From positions 108,564,001-108,628,000 of the forward strand of contig CM059432.1 of the NCBI GenBank assembly GCA_030390025.1: a DNA stretch of 64,000 bases, written 5' to 3'. The notes beneath the pieces are model-generated. The model ran no database searches, had not been told where the DNA came from, and worked only from the letters and a program-made list of their open reading frames with translations. This document shows positions 61,480 through 64,000 of the stretch, piece by piece (within the stretch, counting starts at the first letter, position 1; every line of letters begins with the position of its first letter). The translations under genes were made by a program, and so were the position numbers. Source of the stretch: Squalus acanthias. Its lineage: Eukaryota.

Positions 61480-62420
61480 GTTGAAGGAAATGAGGTTTGA
61501 GGAGGTAATCTGTGTAGGGGGAAAAAATGAATCTTGGGTTGTTCTTGCCGTTCATGATGATCCTGGAGTAATATGGGCATTTGACCATGGGGAGGGAAGT
61601 GTGGTAGTGCTTAACATGGTCCTGCCAAATTTGGCAGTGGACAGCATGACCACTCGTATGCAGGTCTGCAGCACTTGGAGTTATGAGTAGGGGAATGATG
61701 GAGGTGGGAATGGTGAGTAACTTGGGGTTAAGGGCATCAAAAGTGCTATTTAGTAGGTTAAGAGTTGCAGCGGTGTTATAACTGATGGCAGGCCAGAGGA
61801 GGATAAGTTTTGAAATAGTGAGTTGGTGAGACAGCAGGGGCAGAGGTGAAGGGTAAGGATCGTAAGGTTGGAGGTAGGCAGGCAGCTATGTTGGAAAAGG
61901 TGAAGAGAAAATGGACAGAGATAGCCGTATCAGTGATCGAGACCTTAGAGGAGTTGAGGCCAAGTGAGATAATGGGATCAAGGAGGTGGCCGTGGGTGTA
62001 GATGGGAGAGTTGACATGAAGGCTAAGATTAAAACACATCTGGACAGAGGAGAGTGAGCAAGAGGACTTAAAGTGGAGGTTAAAGTCACAGAATATGAAT
62101 AATTGCTTGATGCATAGATTGAGGGAGGAGAGAAGGCTGGACATCTCAGCAAGGAAGTCCCCACGGTGGATGGGAGAATGTTAGAGGGCAAGTATTTTAA
62201 ATGGAGGGTGGGAGGGTTGGAAGGTGATGAGGTGCTTGAAAGAGGAAAAGGTGCTTGAAGAGTAGGGGGAAGAATCTATGTTAAGACTTGATGAGAGCAA
62301 TACTATGTGGGCCCACAGTGAAATGTAGTCTGGGTGCGAGCTTTTGATGAGAGGGTAGGGGTCACTGCCTTTAAGTCAGGTTTCTGTCAGCACCGGGTTA
62401 TCAACTGAGGGAGGCGCAAG
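61480..62420 (-). mobile_element. Old L2-type LINE ORF2 endonuclease relic
   Basis: IFCDFNLH (GDFN), THGHLLDPII (TH..G..LD) and SVHFL (SDH) motifs in ORF 61776-62144. Confidence 0.65.
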
Positions 62421-62614
62421 GGGATGGAATGGAGGTTGGAGGTTAGGGAGATTAACCACAGGGAATGAGTTGGGTAGGATGGTTACCGGGAGCAGGGGAT
62501 GAGACAGTGACAGGTGCCTCAGTGGGCACGGTGGAGGATACCAAGGGTGGAGCAGATTGAGGCTATGAGCTTGTTAAGAAAGATGCAAACCTGGGAGCTA
62601 GGATTGGATTCATA

Positions 62615-63552
62615 GGGCTCGATTTTGCCAGGCCCAAGGAGGCGGGATTGGAGGCGTGTGAGGTGGTAAAATCGCAAAAAATGGCGGGCGGTCCCGATCC
62701 CGCCTTCATCCCGCCTCCGAACAATTTTCCCAAATGCGTGTTTTCTGACCCCTTAAGGCCTTTAACAACCAGTTAAGTGCCTCTATAATCCCATTTTGAG
62801 AGGCCTTTCTGATTTTAACACTTTTCCCACATCCTGCACGCCTCCTCTGGAACACGCCAGTGAATCCTGGCGGCCTCACAAGTGGACTGCTTACTAACAG
62901 CTGCAGCTCCACCATTAAAAAGGAGTTTTCAGCAATCATCATTTGCAGGTGGTAGAACTTTGTTGTCTCAGGTCTGGGGGAACTTTTAGCAGGCATACCC
63001 ATTGTTGTGGAAGTTTGGAGCCTGACACCCATCTCCAGTGTGACCTCCTGGGAAACCCCTCTCGCCACCTTGACTGAGCGCTTCCTCAACTGAGGCATAT
63101 ACCAGAAGCATGGGAACCATTTATTTCCTTTCCTCCTGGATATCAGATTCGGACGAAGACCAGCCGTGGCAGCAGCAGAACCATGAACAACAGCACCACC
63201 AGCAGCAGCAGCATCAACAGGCGTGCCAAGCTGCTGCTCACCCACCTGAAGCTGCACAGGCCAGAAGGCGCCAGCGCGCGACCACATTGCTGCCCAGGAT
63301 GCAAGGGACGCACTCATCTTGGCCAGATTTGCTTAGCCTGCACAATCAAACACTTTTGCCTCGCACCTTCTTATCAGACCGTCGACAATGGCCAAGAACC
63401 TGCGGATTCCTATCACTCTGACCACCAAACTGACAATTGCAAGTCGCCCTAAGCCCTCAATGTGGAAGTCCCATTAGCGAAATGACACACGCCACAACTG
63501 CAATAGTTTGCCATCAGAATTTTTTATGACAATAAGCAACTGATGGCTTTTC
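62615..63552 (+). mobile_element. H10: left part of an H8-subfamily Harbinger (transposase core deleted)
   Basis: TIR GGGCTCGATTTTGCC; closely similar to 45813-46780; junction 63271-77. Confidence 0.9.
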
Positions 63553-64000
63553 AAATCAAAAAGTTAGTATGCAGGTGCAGCAGGTGATCAAGAAGGCCAA
63601 CGGAATGTTGGCTTTTATTGCTAGGGGGATAGATTATAAAAACAGGGAGGTATTGCTGCAGTTATATAAGGTATTGGTGAGACCGCACCTGGAATACTGC
63701 ATACAGTTTTGGTGTCCATACTTAAGAAAAGACATACTTGCTCTCGAGGCAGTACAAAGAAGGTTCACTCGGTTAATCCCGGGGATGAGGGGGTGGACAT
63801 ATGAGGAGAGGTTGAGTAGATTGGGACTCTACTCATTGGAGTTCAGAAGAATGAGAGGCGATCTTATTGAAACATATAAGATTGTGAAGGGGCTTGATCG
63901 GGTGGATGCGGTAAGGATGTTCCCAAGGATGGGTGAAACTAGAACTAGGGGGCATAATCTTAGAATAAGGGGCTGTTCTTTCAAAACTGAGATGAGGAGA
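63553..64000 (+). mobile_element. CR1 ORF2 C-terminal fragment, running off the window
   Basis: MQVQQVIKKANGMLAFIARG..LVRPHLEYC..RRMRGDLIETYK. Confidence 0.92.

Overview
This is a repeat-dominated vertebrate genomic window. The CR1 subfamilies, tRNA-headed SINEs with L2-like tails, Penelope fragments and very abundant Harbingers suggest a cartilaginous fish (inference). I could not support any host protein-coding gene, and nearly all long ORFs are transposon relics or translations of tandem repeats. Contents: (i) many CR1 LINE fragments, including one ORF1 zinc-finger/esterase 5' end and several near-open ORF2 RT regions; (ii) about 14 PIF/Harbinger elements and MITEs (labelled H1-H10, M1-M4) with a HARBI1-type DDE transposase and a convergent three-exon Myb/SANT gene, often nested in each other and in CR1 3' tails; (iii) a Penelope GIY-YIG fragment and three minimal hammerhead ribozyme motifs; (iv) L2 and SINE relics; (v) a two-phase G-rich tandem array of about 8.5 kb and a 51-bp minisatellite. 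Most notable are the reciprocal transposase-only and Myb-only Harbinger lineages (a possible bipartite, trans-complementing system), repeated Harbinger insertion at GAnTC-NWN-GAnTC sites in CR1 tails, microhomology-defined recurrent transposase deletions, and covarying hammerheads.
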